In this document: piece by piece, positions 11,756-24,751 of the stretch | How positions within the stretch are numbered: position 1 is the stretch's first letter | Layout of the letters: each line of letters begins with the position of its first letter | From: Octopus vulgaris | Lineage: Eukaryota | Assembly (NCBI GenBank): GCA_951406725.2 | Contig: OX597824.1 | Location: 58,652,001-58,716,000, forward strand | DNA length: 64,000 nt | Reading direction: 5' to 3' | Position numbers and translations under genes: made by a program | Notes under the pieces: generated by a model | What the model saw: the letters and a program-made list of their open reading frames with translations, nothing else | The model's database searches: none | Told to the model about the DNA's origin: nothing

Positions 11756-13217
11756 CGTGTGTGTGTTGTGTGTTGTCTGTATGCTTCTGTGTTTGTTATA
11801 GGTTTTAGCAACTGTGTGGCCTTCCTCTCAGTCCCATCCTCTCGACCCATTGAGCTGCTGCTGTCCTAAGACCCGAAAAAAATATATGGTACATTTCCTG
11901 TATTCCCCTGCGTATGTGTGTTCGCCAATGGTGTTGCAATGGTGGTAGTTGTTGTTATTGCCATCGTTAGCACCGTCGCTGCTGCTGACCGTGTTAGTTG
12001 TGTTGTTGACATTATTAAGGCCGTCCATGAAGTTTCATGTGTTTGTGTGTTGTGTATGTATCCATGTCCTTTACATAGTGTTTTTTTATTCATTTTATCT
12101 ATCGCTGTCTTACATTTATCACGGGTATGTGACATATATTTAGATATTCATTTATTTATCTATTTATATATTTATTCATTTACTTTAAAACATTTTTTTA
12201 TGCATTTGTCTCTATTTCTCGTATCACGGGTAAGTGCATATATGTTAAATGTGTATGAATTACCCTGCGTGTTTTGTGTATAATTTACATTTTTTCTCCT
12301 TTTCCCTCTCTCTTCTCATCCCTAATGTCTTTAGTCATGTGGTGCGGTGTTACTGTCCCATTCGTGTTTTCTGTTGAGGTTCGGTCTGTCTACTATTGCG
12401 TGTGTAGCCTATGTAACCTGTCTAAGTGTCGTATCAGTTCTATGTGTCGATAGTACTTTAACCTCTACATTATTAATCGAACTTCCATGTTCTGCCTGAG
12501 CATGTTGGTAGAGTACTGACGAACTTTTTCCTTCTTTGAACTCTCTCGTGAATCTTCACCTACACGCTCTTCTATGCAGCGTGCAGTTTCTCCAATGTGG
12601 GTAGTTGTCATGTTTCTGCACCGTCCCTCAGTACATAGTAAGCTATATACTACGTTTCTTACCTTACAGTTAACCTGTGGGTTCATCCAACACATAACAC
12701 CATTGTACTCCGTATAGAGGGACTTATCAAAGAGATATGTATTGTAGATCAGGGATTTTAATGGGGCACCAGGCCTCTCTGCTACTTTTAATTCGTAGAT
12801 TAATGTTTTTCTAAAAAGGTGTGCTAGTTCGCCGCCAGGCGTAGCATCAACAAACATGACACACTGGTATTTTTTGTTGTCATACCAAGTGTTGGACTCA
12901 TCTTATTACTGTTGCTTTCCGTGCTGTTCCAGGATTTACTCCTGTACAGCGGGAAGATCCTCTTAGCATCACTCTCTATGATGGCGTTGTACTTAGTCCT
13001 GGCTTCTTTGTACACTTCTTTGTACACTCCTGTCCTTTTGGTTGTAGCCAGAGAACTGCATTCGGTGGATGAAGTATTGTATGTGTCTTTCCAATTCCAC
13101 AGGGTCGCACATGCAAGACACATTCTTCATAATCCTCACTAAGTCGGCTATCAGAATGTTGAACATCACTGGTGGTACTTATGAGAAATAGCAACAGATA
13201 TATAAAAACAATTTAAG

Positions 13218-13267
<50 letters not shown>

Positions 13268-13815
13268 AATAAATAAATAAATAAATAAATATATAAATAT
13301 ATATCTTTTACATACCTGTGATAAATGTAAGACAGCGATAGATAGAATATGAATAAATAGATAGAAATGAATAAATAAAACTATATGAAGGACATGGATA
13401 CATATGTAGCGGACCCATACACATACAAACACACACACACATGAAACTTCGTGGACGGCCTTAACAATATCAATAACATGACTAACATGGCCAGCAGCAG
13501 CGTCGGTGCGAACGATGGCAATAACAACAACAACAACAACTACCACGATGACAACACTGTGGGCGAACATACATACACAGAGGAATACAGGAACAGTACC
13601 ATAAATTTTTAAGGCCTTAGAACAGCGGCAGCACAATGGAGAGGATGTGGCTGTGGGGAATGCCACACAGCTGCTAAAACCTATGACACACACACGCACG
13701 CATACACACATACACACAAGCAAACAAGGACACAAACGCATGCGCACATAAGGATACACATCTCAGAAGAACAGAATGGAGTAAGCGGAGCAAGAACACA
13801 CACGAAAACGAAAAG

Positions 13816-13860
13816 TATCGCTGAAGAGGTCACAGTTGTGTGACGGAAGATTTCCGGACA
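13816..13860 (+). ncRNA. Variant minimal hammerhead-like motif in the right pseudo-LTR
   Basis: TATCG-CTGAAGA-G-GTCACA(GTTG)TGTGAC-G-GAAG-ATTTC-CGGACA; core identical to the left copy, followed by an A-rich tract with AATAAA. Confidence 0.5.
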
Positions 13861-14022
13861 TAGGACAGGAGTTAAAATAATAAAATAAGAATAGTAATAA
13901 ACGAGTGAGGAGAAAAATATATATAGTGCGTGTGTTTATTTGGCCCCAAAATTACCATCCCGAAATACCACAGTATATATATATGCGTCTGTGGGTGGGT
14001 GTCTGTGTGTTCTTGTAGTTAA

Positions 14023-14057
<35 letters not shown>

Positions 14058-14500
14058 CATGCGCGTGTGTGTGTGCATGTGTGTGTGTGTGTGTGCATGT
14101 GTGTGTGTGTACGTGTGTGTGTGTATTTCCGTTCTCTGCAATGTCACCTGCATTGGCATTCTCTTCTAAGTGATGTAACAGCTAATGTTGCTATGTTTTC
14201 ATTAATAAGTGATGTTGCGGTTGTTTGATATTTCTAGAACTTTATTTGTAATAATGCTATTTTCTCACTTCTGAGAAGTATCGTTAGTACCATAGAAAGG
14301 AATACTTCTGGTTCAGGATCGTTGTTCCGTTAACTGTCCCCTTCTCCGCCCCGCGTGACCTTTTTGGCCATATTACATTTAGTTTCTCCCCATCTTTTTT
14401 GTCTTCTGATTTAACATTTTCTGTTTCTTCTCAGACACCATTTATATTGAGGATATTTTATTTCATTCTCCCGGGAGGAAGACACATTTTAACCTGTTGT

Positions 14501-14544
14501 ATAGTAGTAGTAGAAGTAGTAGTAGCAGTACTAGTAGTGGTAGT

Positions 14545-14576
<32 letters not shown>

Positions 14577-14585
14577 TATTAGTAA

Positions 14586-14628
<43 letters not shown>
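14501..14628 (+). repeat. (AGT)n/(AGC)n microsatellite
   Basis: Read directly from the sequence. Confidence 0.95.
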
Positions 14629-14629
<1 letters not shown>

Positions 14630-14673
14630 TGAAGAATAGTGGTATAGCAGGTGTTCAATATTTGTATTTATTT

Positions 14674-14797
14674 GGCCGAGGTCGACTTTGCCTTTCATCC
14701 TTTCGGGGTCGATAAATTAAGTACCAGTTGCGTACTGGGGACGATCTTATCGACTGGCCCCTCCCACAAAATTTGGGTCCTTGTGCCTAGAGTAGAA
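14674..14797 (+). mobile_element. SINE family A 3' half
   Basis: GCCGAGGTCGACTTTGCCTTTCATCCTTTCGGGGTCGATAAATTAAGTACCAGTTG...CCTTGTGCCTAGAGTAGAAA. Confidence 0.85.
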
Positions 14798-15070
14798 ATT
14801 AATATTTGCTGTATTTATTATTTTATTTGTTGCTTCTGTTGTTGATATTCTCTAATGTATTCGCACTTGGTCCACCACCTTTCAAGTGGTCAGATGTTGT
14901 GTAGATGCAAGTTAACTAGATACTATACAAGTAGAATATTTTAGCCACATTCAGTTGAAAGATGTTTATGTTGAGTAATCTGCTAAATAAATAAATTTTC
15001 TTAAGTATAGGGAATAGAATTAAGCAAAGGAGTATATAAAGAACATATCACTGTTTTTGTTATTATCTTT

Positions 15071-15113
<43 letters not shown>

Positions 15114-15189
15114 TTTCATCTAGCATCTGATTCCCTCTCTTATACAACTGAGAATTTCTCCTTCCGGATATGTTCCTTTCTTTTATGTT

Positions 15190-15710
15190 TTTATTTGTTT
15201 CAGTCATTTGACTACGGCCATGCTGGATCACCACCTTGAAAGGTCCTAGTCGAACAAATCGAACCCAGGACTTATTCTATCGGTCTCTTTTGCTATTGGT
15301 TTCGTTTACCCGAACCGTTAAGTTACGGGACCTAAACACCAACACCTGTTGTCAAGCGGTGATGAGAGGACAAATACAGACACAAAGTCGCACGAACACA
15401 CACACACTCACTCTCACACACACACACACTCTCACACACACACTCTCTCTCTCACACACACACACACACACAGACACTGACACGCACACACACACTCTCT
15501 CTCACCCCCCCCATACACACATATATACAAGATTAAGCACATGTGAAACAAGGTGGAAAATATAATACTCGAATACCAAATCCACTCACAAGACTTTGGT
15601 CGGCTCGCGGTTATATTAGACGACACTTGCCCAAGGTGCTACGCAGTGTGACTACACCTGGAACCATGTGGTTGAGAAGCAAGCTTCTTACCACACATCC
15701 ACACCTGCGC
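15190..15710 (-). mobile_element. SINE family B full composite copy with internal (CA)n
   Basis: Reverse complement of the head (ACACTTGCCCAAGGTG..GGAACCATGTGGTTG..CTTCTTACCACAC) and of the 3' module (TTGTTTCAGTCATTTGACT.CGGCCATGCTGGA). Confidence 0.85.
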
Positions 15711-18333
15711 CTTCTTACATATTTATTTTCACAATACTTAAAACCTTTGATTCCTAAAGGTAACATTATATGGCACTATGTACTGCCCCCTACTCTCACG
15801 GATCTCCCATTAATCGTTACTATATTACTTTGTGTTCTGAATCATCAAACTGTGTTTCCTCACCTGAACCCATTCAGTGCAATCAATTCTTATTAGCATT
15901 CTAACTATATCTTTAACACACCCTGCACCCTCCACATTCTAAAAGGGATTTTGAAAAATTGTTCCTAATCAGAATTGTGAAATGTTCTGGAATCTTCCAT
16001 ATGCTACTCATGATTTATTTTATTGATTTTTTTTCTTTTCATCATTAACCAATATTAGCCTAACTCAGTTATTTTTATGTGGTGGGTGTAGGGACACCCT
16101 TGTGTAAGGCTGTGAGGATTGAGAGGGCGGGGTCAGACAATTTATCACATTTAATAAAATCAAAATAGTTTTAGATTGTTTAAATTTGTCCAACACCACA
16201 ACGAACAAAGAAGCATTACATAGGAAGAGTTTCTGCTTTGTCTTCGCATTGTTAGTACAATAAAACTCTTATATTTTTAGGTTAGTGAGTATATTGTTTG
16301 CCAGTTTGATAATGCCTGATCTTACCTGTTAGCACTTCTCATAGTCTTCACAATAAATAATAATTATAATAAGAAAATTGTCGCTGGCATTTAACATAAT
16401 ATTAATCTTAATTCAGAAGACCTATGTTAAACATTTTGTTCATTCATAGTGCATTTACGGATCACTAAACTCTCGGTCGATTCTGTGGCACACTAATGAC
16501 TAGTGCTTTATTTAACTGAAGATGTATTAATTTATCATTGTGTAAAATTTAAGACAAGGAAAGATAATATTTCATGCAAAGAATAAAAAATATATAACTT
16601 TAATGAGGGCCATTGATGATTTTATAAGCTCATCAGGGAACACCGTAGGGGTAAAGACTAGAACTTCTGACCTAGAAGATCGGTTTCTATTTGTGACTTG
16701 TTCGTAAATATAAACGTATTGTTGTTAACTAGAAATAAACCCTCCTATACTAAAAACCAAAGTGGCGAAATTTTCCCGATATTATTTATGGTGTTTATGC
16801 TTCTTGCATGAGTTTTACTACGATGAATTCTATGTAAAGAAACGATATCGACTAGAGACAGAATCCATGTTGACATCTTGGTTTAATAGGAACTTAACTT
16901 TTACTAAACAGCATTTACCACACACTTGTGTAGTTGTAATGAATGATATTATTGCTGCTGCTCTTCTTTAGCCTCACATAGGCCCTGAATGAGCAGAGGA
17001 AATGTAAGCAAATAAAGTCTAACATTAACTATCCCATATTTTCTTATACTGTGGATTATACGTTTGCTCCTTAGGATGTGATCTAAGACCAAGTAAAAAG
17101 ATAATGTATTGATTTATTTCAGGAATAAGTTTTTACTCAAATGTCCAGCTGTAGCCTATTACCTTCCTTTGCAAAAATTAGTCGTGACACTCATTAAAGA
17201 ATATAAGCTAATAACTATTGTTTGAACTGACTTGGCAGAACTTGTCTGGTACCTTATTAAATGTATTACAGTAATTAGTTGTTGTTGTTCACATTATTCT
17301 TGTTGTTTATTCGAAATTCAGTCATGATCAAAGACACTCTGAACATGACCTTTTCGTTATATTGTATATTAACGTCTACATTGACCAAAGTGACCTTCTT
17401 TTACAACGGCAGGATGCAATTTTAGAGAACTTGGTTGCTTTAGCTAACAGGCCGAGCAACTGCATGGAAGCCCTCTCATTGGTTCAACATTGTACCAGTA
17501 ATACAAGAGGACAATACAAGGAAGTGCACACCATTGTCGTAAACATGTTACTATCTGCATGTGTCTAATTAAAATGTTTTTATATGCTTTTTATCATTCA
17601 TGTCCAGCAATCTCGAAAGAAAAATGTCCGATTTATGTTTCAAGTATAAAAAGAAATGTTAAATGATGCAATTACGAAAAACGTAAGAGAGAAGGGAGTG
17701 ACGAAGAGAACGAAGAGATAGAGAAAGAAAAAATGGTGAAGGAGAGGAAAGAGAAAGACCGAAGGTGTGTGTGTGTAAGAGAGAGAAAAAAAGAGAGAGA
17801 ACAAAGATATTGGAGAATAGAAGCAATAATATACTGGCTGCAAGACAATAGCAATCCATGGAAAAGACGAGACGCTTTAATTCTTTATTTCAATGGCAAC
17901 AGTAACAAAAGCCTTCAGATTGAGTTACCCGTATTACTTCTTGTGTTTACATCATATCTATCTATCTGTCTGTCTATCAATCTGCAACAACGTAGACAAC
18001 TGGAGATAATTTCAGTTTTGCATCGTCTCAAATCTCACGAGAATCAAGACAATTGTAGATTCGGGTTAATTGGCACTAACTTTGCCCATATAATAAATTA
18101 ATGATATGAAAGCAGGTATTCAGATTTCTGAATACAGTTGAACTTTTTTCTTCGTACCAAACAATGAAACTAAGACAAAACGTCAATTATATGTATGAGT
18201 CCACAATGTGTAGGACTAAGCTAACAGATGGGACGTTTATCAATGAATCCGACCGCATAAAATTTACATTGTTTGACATCAAACATGCATGTATGTATAT
18301 ATGATATAATATAACACAAATGTATGTATATAA

Positions 18334-18395
<62 letters not shown>

Positions 18396-18451
18396 GTATC
18401 TATATATGTATGTATGCATGCATGTATGTATGTATATATACACATATATGT

Positions 18452-18730
18452 GAAGGCGCTTGGCTCAGTGGTTAGAGCATCGAATTTACGATCGTGAGGT
18501 CGTGAGTTCGATTCCCGGACCAGGCTGCATGTTGTGTTCTTGAGCTAGGCACTTTATTTCACATTGCTTTAGTTCACTCACCTGCAGGAATGAGTTGCAA
18601 CGTCACTGGTGCCAAGCTGAATAGGTTGTGCGTTTACCGATGAGGCGGTTTTCTGCCCAGACTTGTAGCCCGGAGGAGAACCTCTTAGGTGCACCTATAA
18701 TCATTCGTGACCGACGGAGTCAAGTTTGAG
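18452..18730 (+). mobile_element. tRNA-derived CORE-like SINE of a separate family
   Basis: A-box TGGCTCAGTGG, B-box GAGTTCGATTCC, then GTGTTCTTGAGCTAGGCACTTTATTTCAC..AGTTCACTCA; no complete cloverleaf. Confidence 0.8.
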
Positions 18731-18809
18731 GCTTATATACATAAATGTACATTTGTATTTATATTATATGACATGTGTATTTATATTATATATATGTACA
18801 CATGTAAAT

Positions 18810-21445
18810 TAGAGTTATGACTCTTTGATTTTTATGGAAGTAAACAATTTCCTATAAGTAGGGAAAATAACCTTTATTTTAAGTTTTTTTAAAAAGACGT
18901 CAGCCCCAACAGAAGAAATGTAACACCACTTTTGACCCAAATCATGCAAAATTCGAATGGGATTCATAGTACCTTCTCAATTTTTTACCAAATTTGGTGT
19001 GTTGACTTAATGCAATGCAGAAGCAGTATATCGCAACATTTAACTTTCAAATTTTAGTAGTTTAGGAGTTATAGAGTTTTTAATTTGTTATCACTTAGTC
19101 CCTATTTTAGGAAATTTCTTCTTCCTCTTCATTTTCTTTCTGTGACGCTAAAAACTCTGACTATATTAACTGTTTCTCAGAATAGTAGTCATATCCAACT
19201 AGAGTATCTAAAATAATGTCACATAAGAGAAGTGCTTGTGTCACTCAAAGAAACAAGAAATCTGGACGAAGAATCTCATGCAATTTCAAGATTCACATAG
19301 CAAAAGAAGATTTGTTCCTCTAGAAGAGCATTCGTTGGAAAACAACTGCAGGATACCAATGAAAACTAAAAATATCTGTCGCTACCTGTTCCTTGGAGGA
19401 ACCATCAAAGGACGTAAAGATAGAACAAAGGAAATTTCGAAAGAAGTAACTTTTTTAAGGAAAAAGAAATTAAATTTTCCATATCTACCAATTATAAAGT
19501 TACAAGCTAAAGTAGTGCTGAATACATACAATAAATGTGTAAAACGAGGAAAATACGATTCATTGAAAGGTATTTTTGACATCACAAAGGAAAATAGTGA
19601 ATGGCTGTGCAGTGAGGATAGAAGCTTATATTATCTTCAAATTGAAAGCAAGGGACAGGTTGGGTTTGGAACTGGAAAGACAGCCAGTTCCAAAACCATC
19701 CATCCATCCAAAAGAAGAAAAGTGTCCTTAACGCCAACTTCAACCAGAACAACTCCAGTGTCATCGTCAACGTCTGAAGCAGAGACTGAAAGTGAATATC
19801 AAAACTCCGAAAAAATCAGATGAAGAATCCACACAAACAAGGAGGAAATATAGTAATACTGGAACTGCAACCAAGTTAGTAATATCTTCCAAGCTAGCAA
19901 CCCCAAACGCAGCAACAGTCTGTATACAATTATCTCAAGATGGAATCAATGTCGAGACTCCTTCCCAGTCCTTCCCCGATCGACTATCAAAGAAGCTGTT
20001 AAACTAAAAAAGAAAATGAAGAAAACAGTAGATTTAGAAAACTAGCCATTGCCTTTTGATGGTAAACGTATTGATGACCAAGAATACCAAGTGCTAGTTT
20101 TAAAGAATGAACAGAGAGATTTTAAGTTAATGGCACTCCAATTACCGAACAGAAAAGCTTGATACTGTTATGAAAGGAATAAGAGCTGTTTTAGATGAAT
20201 ACAATTTATGGAACTGCGTAAAGATGATTGTCGCTGATACAACGAGTGTAAAAACTAGGGAAAGAAATGGAATTGTCATTCAGTTGCAACGACTGTTTGC
20301 TAAAAAGGGTTTGAAAGAACCGCAATTTATTGGTTGTCATCATCATATTGAATATACATTCATCCTAGAGCTTCTAAGTAATTACGAGAAACTCTAGGCT
20401 AATATCAACAATGGTGAAAAGATTACTGAATCAGCAGAGATGACATGAAATTTCTATTTCATTTGACCAGAAATTTTTTTTTAGAAACCGGCAAATTTCC
20501 TGCTGTAAAGTTTCAATAAACACCCATCTTCAGTAATGCAAGATGGAATTCTCGAGCAATACCAGCTCTTTTGGCATTTATTCTTCTACCAGAGAAATGA
20601 GTTTTACTTCTCAATGTTTATCGATTCATATCTTACAGCTGTTGGTTTACTTGCCAAATGTTCAATGCACATGATTATTAGAAATTATTTGGTAGCCTGC
20701 AAGTTCATAAAAAAGCATTGAACTCTATAAAAAACTTTTGGAATCGAGAACCATTAAAACTGGAAATTCCCAGAACAAATCAGAGTGCAGGACGGGCAAC
20801 GAAGTGCCTTCAAGATCTTTATGATGTTTGTAAAAAGGAGAAATTTCTGCTTCGATTTATTTTATCTAACAAAACATATTAATTCTTTATGTTTGCTAAC
20901 TTTGATCACTCTTTTTCTTATACAGTTATTTAAAATTGGAATTAAACCTATAAAGTTAAAAATGTATATTGTTTTCAATTTTGTATGTTATCGAATGCTT
21001 GTAGTAGTTTCTGTCTTAAAATAGCCAAGTTTTGAACATTTGTATTTTCTGTTCAGTAATCTTAAAAATGTATAAATACAATTTTATTCCACATCCCTCT
21101 TGCATTTACAAGGATTTCGGCAGCTGAAATACTGAAGTGTGAATCTAGTGCAACCTGTGATTATAGTTTTAAAAAACTCATAACTCCGAAACTACTTCAA
21201 CTAGAAAGTTAAAATTTCAGATATACTATTTCTGCATTGCTTTGAGTCAGCACACTACGTTTAGTAAAAACTTGAGCAGGTGTTATGAACCCTACTAGAA
21301 TTTTGTATGATTTGAGTACGATTTCTTAAGTTTGGGTGACGTTTTTTGCAAATAAAGTACAATAAATGTTGATTTCCGGACTCTTATAAAATAATTCATC
21401 GAACTACAGTATAGGGTTATTAGGTTGGGAAAAGTCATAACCCTA
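18810..21445 (+). mobile_element. Complete but degenerate hAT-superfamily (hATm-like) DNA transposon, 2636 bp
   Basis: TIRs TAGAGTTATGACT (18810) and AGTCATAACCCTA (21445); imperfect subterminal inverted repeats at approx. 18890-19082 vs 21170-21346; imperfect 8-bp TSD ATGTAAAT/ATGCATAT; internal transposase remnants. Confidence 0.88.
19216..20880 (+). pseudogene. hATm-like transposase pseudogene (frameshifted)
   Basis: Fragments across frames: FDGK, IVADTTSVKTRERNG, QFIGCHHHI (CxxH), SNARWNSRAI, PRTNQSAGRA, matching the DGK / DTT / CxxH / ARW / NxxAER layout of hATm transposases. Confidence 0.82.
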
Positions 21446-21589
21446 ATGCATATATAGTTTTGTCAGTGAACAGGTCGCGGTCTCAAAGCGACGAAAATAT
21501 TTTGACAAATTAAATTTAAATGTTGAAGTGAATCTAACGGTTTTTGTGTGTTACTTAAATGGCTTATAAACACCTTCCACGCTGCAATT

Positions 21590-21644
<55 letters not shown>

Positions 21645-22411
21645 GGAACAAAAACGCAATAGAGGACAATAAAATATCCGGTCAAATAGACGATACAAAG
21701 CAGAGAGGAAAAGCAACAATTAGAGGGATAAGAAAAAAGGACGAGTCATTCGTGGCCTTCTTTCGTCAGTCAAGTTGTCAGATGTCCTTACAGTTTCTGG
21801 TAGTTACAATTGAGACTCTTCAGTCTGGTTGCCCCGCAAAAAGTCTAAGCTAAGAGCATTAGATTTTTTGTAAGAAAGCAGGCGAATGTCATAACAACAA
21901 CAAAGACAAGAAACGGAGAACGTGTTACACAATTACATATACAAACAAGAATATAACAACAGGTTTCTTTCGACTGAGGATGAATCAAATTGAGCTGGCG
22001 TGTATAAACTGAAAGCCTAAAGACAGGAACATAAATGGTCATAAGAGATGTTGGAGGTCGTCAATCAGGCAAAGAAAGAAAAATCATGGTTGGCCGAACA
22101 CCGGCCACGCGGTAGAAGGCGAAAGGGTAGGCAGTAGCGGGTTGGAAGGATTATGGGAAGAACGGGAAAGAGAGAAAAAATCAAGGAGATGTATTTATAT
22201 TATATATAGATAGATACATACACACATCAATTTCTTTTTTTTTCTGTAAACAACTGGATTGTGGGGAACCACAGAAACCATCTCTTTAAAATACAAACGG
22301 TCGGTGGGCAGAGTCCCTACCCCTTGCTGCAAACTCACCTCTCAGACAATATCGAACTCATGGTACATATACAAAATACACACACACACACACGCACGCA
22401 CACACACACAT

Positions 22412-22937
22412 AAGCAAAGTCAGCTAATTAGAAAATCTCTATAAGTGATGAAAGTAGTAACTATACTGAGAAGTATTGTTTAATGCCACATCAATCTGGC
22501 CCTTCCTTAGGAACCGACGTTACTATCGTTTTTAACCCCAGAAGGAGCCTCCTCCAGCTGGTTATCGATGCAATCTATACCTGATATATATTGTAAGCAA
22601 GAGAGCGAATCTATATCATATTCTAGTAGACGACGGGATCACCGGACAGTATGGTTTCTGGTTATTTATGCCCATCGTCAGTGGTGAACACCCGTCCACT
22701 TCAAATAGCAATAATTCATTCCAACCTACAATATGCAGAAAGCCAAGCGACAATCAGTCACTGATCATGCAACAAGCAAAGTAGCTAGTTAGAACATCTC
22801 AATAACAAATAAGAGTATCAACTATACTGAGAAGTATTGCCTATTCCACATCAGTGTGGCTGTTCCGTAGGAATCGACGTTACTACCGTTTTTAAACCCA
22901 GGAGAAGAGGAGCCTCCTCCAGCTGGTTATCGATGCA
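22412..22937 (-). mobile_element. Retrozyme-like partial tandem repeat (period approx. 362 bp) containing one hammerhead ribozyme
   Basis: Direct repeats at approx. 22412-22572 and 22774-22937 share AACTATACTGAGAAGTATTG and GGAGCCTCCTCCAGCTGGTTATCGATGCA; a hammerhead lies in the single-copy middle; no ORF. Confidence 0.72.
22632..22696 (-). ncRNA. Type I hammerhead ribozyme with canonical core
   Basis: GACGGG-TGT-TCACCA-CTGACGA-TGG(GCATAAATAA)CCA-GAAA-C(CATACT)G-TC^CGGTGA-T-CCCGTC; extended stem I with an internal loop; one A-C mismatch next to the cleavage site. Confidence 0.8.
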
Positions 22938-23102
22938 CCCGACATATATATATGTATGTATATATATATATATATATATATATGTTTGTGTGTGTGTGTG
23001 TGTCTGTGCGTGTGTGTGTGTGCGTGTGTGCGTGTGTGCGTGCGTGTAGATCGCTAGCCACTACACATTCTTTATTTTCTCTCCTTATTTCTTTCTGTCT
23101 TC

Positions 23103-23139
23103 CTTTCTGTGGAAAAGCGTAGGCTCGAAACGTTAAAGA
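23103..23139 (+). ncRNA. Degenerate minimal hammerhead-like motif within a short Penelope-end-like repeat (approx. 23048-23223)
   Basis: CTTT-CTGTGGA-AAAGC(GTAG)GCTC-GAAA-CG-TT-AAAG; the CUGANGA box is mutated. Confidence 0.45.
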
Positions 23140-24636
23140 CTTATTGACTTCCCGAGCGTTATACTGATACATCTGTTTGCTGTCTACGCCACCTATCTTT
23201 GTCTTTTTTTGTGAATTCTCCCTATATATATATATATATATATGAATGCTGTATGTTGAACTGTGCTGATACACAATTCAGCAACGTACCTGAGAAGTGT
23301 TCGAATGTGGCACTGTGAAACAGAATGTTTACCTTATTTTGCTAACCAATCAATATCCCGTTCTACAGCGGTCTCCATCATCTGAAAGCGTAATATTCTC
23401 ATAGTGGACTAAAATCCAAGCTTGATCACCGTTGTTTAAGATGGCAATCACTACATTATAGTGGAATGAATGGCGTGACTCGAGGTCAGATACAATTTCA
23501 CATTGCAATCATTTGTATGACGGAGGTTGCCAGGAGGCTTGAAACCAAGTAGCTTTCTATCAGCAATTTTGCTCAAGCATCTTCCACCAAAATCAGGAAT
23601 GTGGTTCTCCTCAAATACTCCCGTTAATTTGCTTCTTACGCAAAATCAGCAAATATCGTTTTGAAAATTAACAAAAATATAAATAAAATATAATCTTTAT
23701 TTAAAACACACAATCTTTACTTTAGAGAAATGTTTTTTTAATTAGAATAGACAAAATTAAGTATGAAAAACAACAGCACAAAATATAAAATGTTAAATAT
23801 AAACAGGGAACAGCAAATATGTGAGAAAAACCTAATATTTTCACAAAACAAAATAAAAAGCAGTAAAATTATGTGTATAATTTAAAATTATGTAAATAAT
23901 ATCAATTGGGTTATATTACGTAATATGGGTATTAATGAGTTGGGGTAACAGTAAAGAGCGAAATAGTTAATTAAATGTTTATGAGATATTAACATTTTTT
24001 GTATAAGACAGAAGATTTGATGATATCTTCACACAAAATCATAATTAATAACAAAAAAATGTCAATGACTGAAATAAGAAACAACACCAACAGCAACACA
24101 AATAGCACCATCACCACCAGAAACATTAACGTTATCATCATCGTCGTCGTTGTCGTCGTCATCATCATCAACAACACCAACAAAATATATCTATAATCCT
24201 TCTTTAAATAAAAAAGTTACATTTGCTAATATCGCATTGCAAAGTTAAAGAATTCAAAATAAGTGACGAAACAGACTGCTATGATATTATCTTTCTGGGT
24301 CTTAAGCTGTGAAAGTCTTAAATCCTTTAAAAGCTTTAAATATATTATGTAAACACACATAAACACATACACATACACTCACACACACACACACACGCAT
24401 GCACGCGCGCACACACATATACGCACACACGCACGTACACAGAGTTACGTACATATAGACGTGAGATGCCCGCACATATGTACGCAAAGAGCCTGATAAG
24501 TATGTGTTTCACAGTAAAGTATAATGGATATCTTGGCAGGCTTGTGGGACAAACATGTATAAAAACAGCCGGGATCAATTAGTTTGAGTTAGAGAAATAG
24601 ATAGAGAGATAGACAGACAGACAGGCAGGCAGACAG

Positions 24637-24751
<115 letters not shown>

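Larger units (their letters stand above)
11552..13980 (-). mobile_element. Penelope-like element: degenerate C-terminal ORF with GIY-YIG endonuclease, flanked by inverted pseudo-LTRs (approx. 11552-12190 and 13200-13868)
   Basis: ORFs 12824-13123 and 12465-12857 read FVDATPGGELA...KVAERPG...NCKVRNVVYSLLC...CRN..THIGETARCIEERVGE (GIY-YIG). About 600 bp of 3' UTR is repeated in inverted orientation on the 5' side. Confidence 0.88.

Noticed and set aside
16815-16856. CGATGA...GAAACGATATCGAC hammerhead-like motif
   Set aside because: Palindromic stem III is suggestive, but the core lacks U4, the cleavage triplet is GAC and stem II is poor.
18452-18530. tRNA gene
   Set aside because: A and B boxes are present but the acceptor stem does not close and the sequence continues into a SINE body.
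23290-23650. Possible Helitron PIF1 helicase remnant on the minus strand (FKPPGNL..DCNVK)
   Set aside because: Only one short motif-like match; too degenerate to support without BLASTX.
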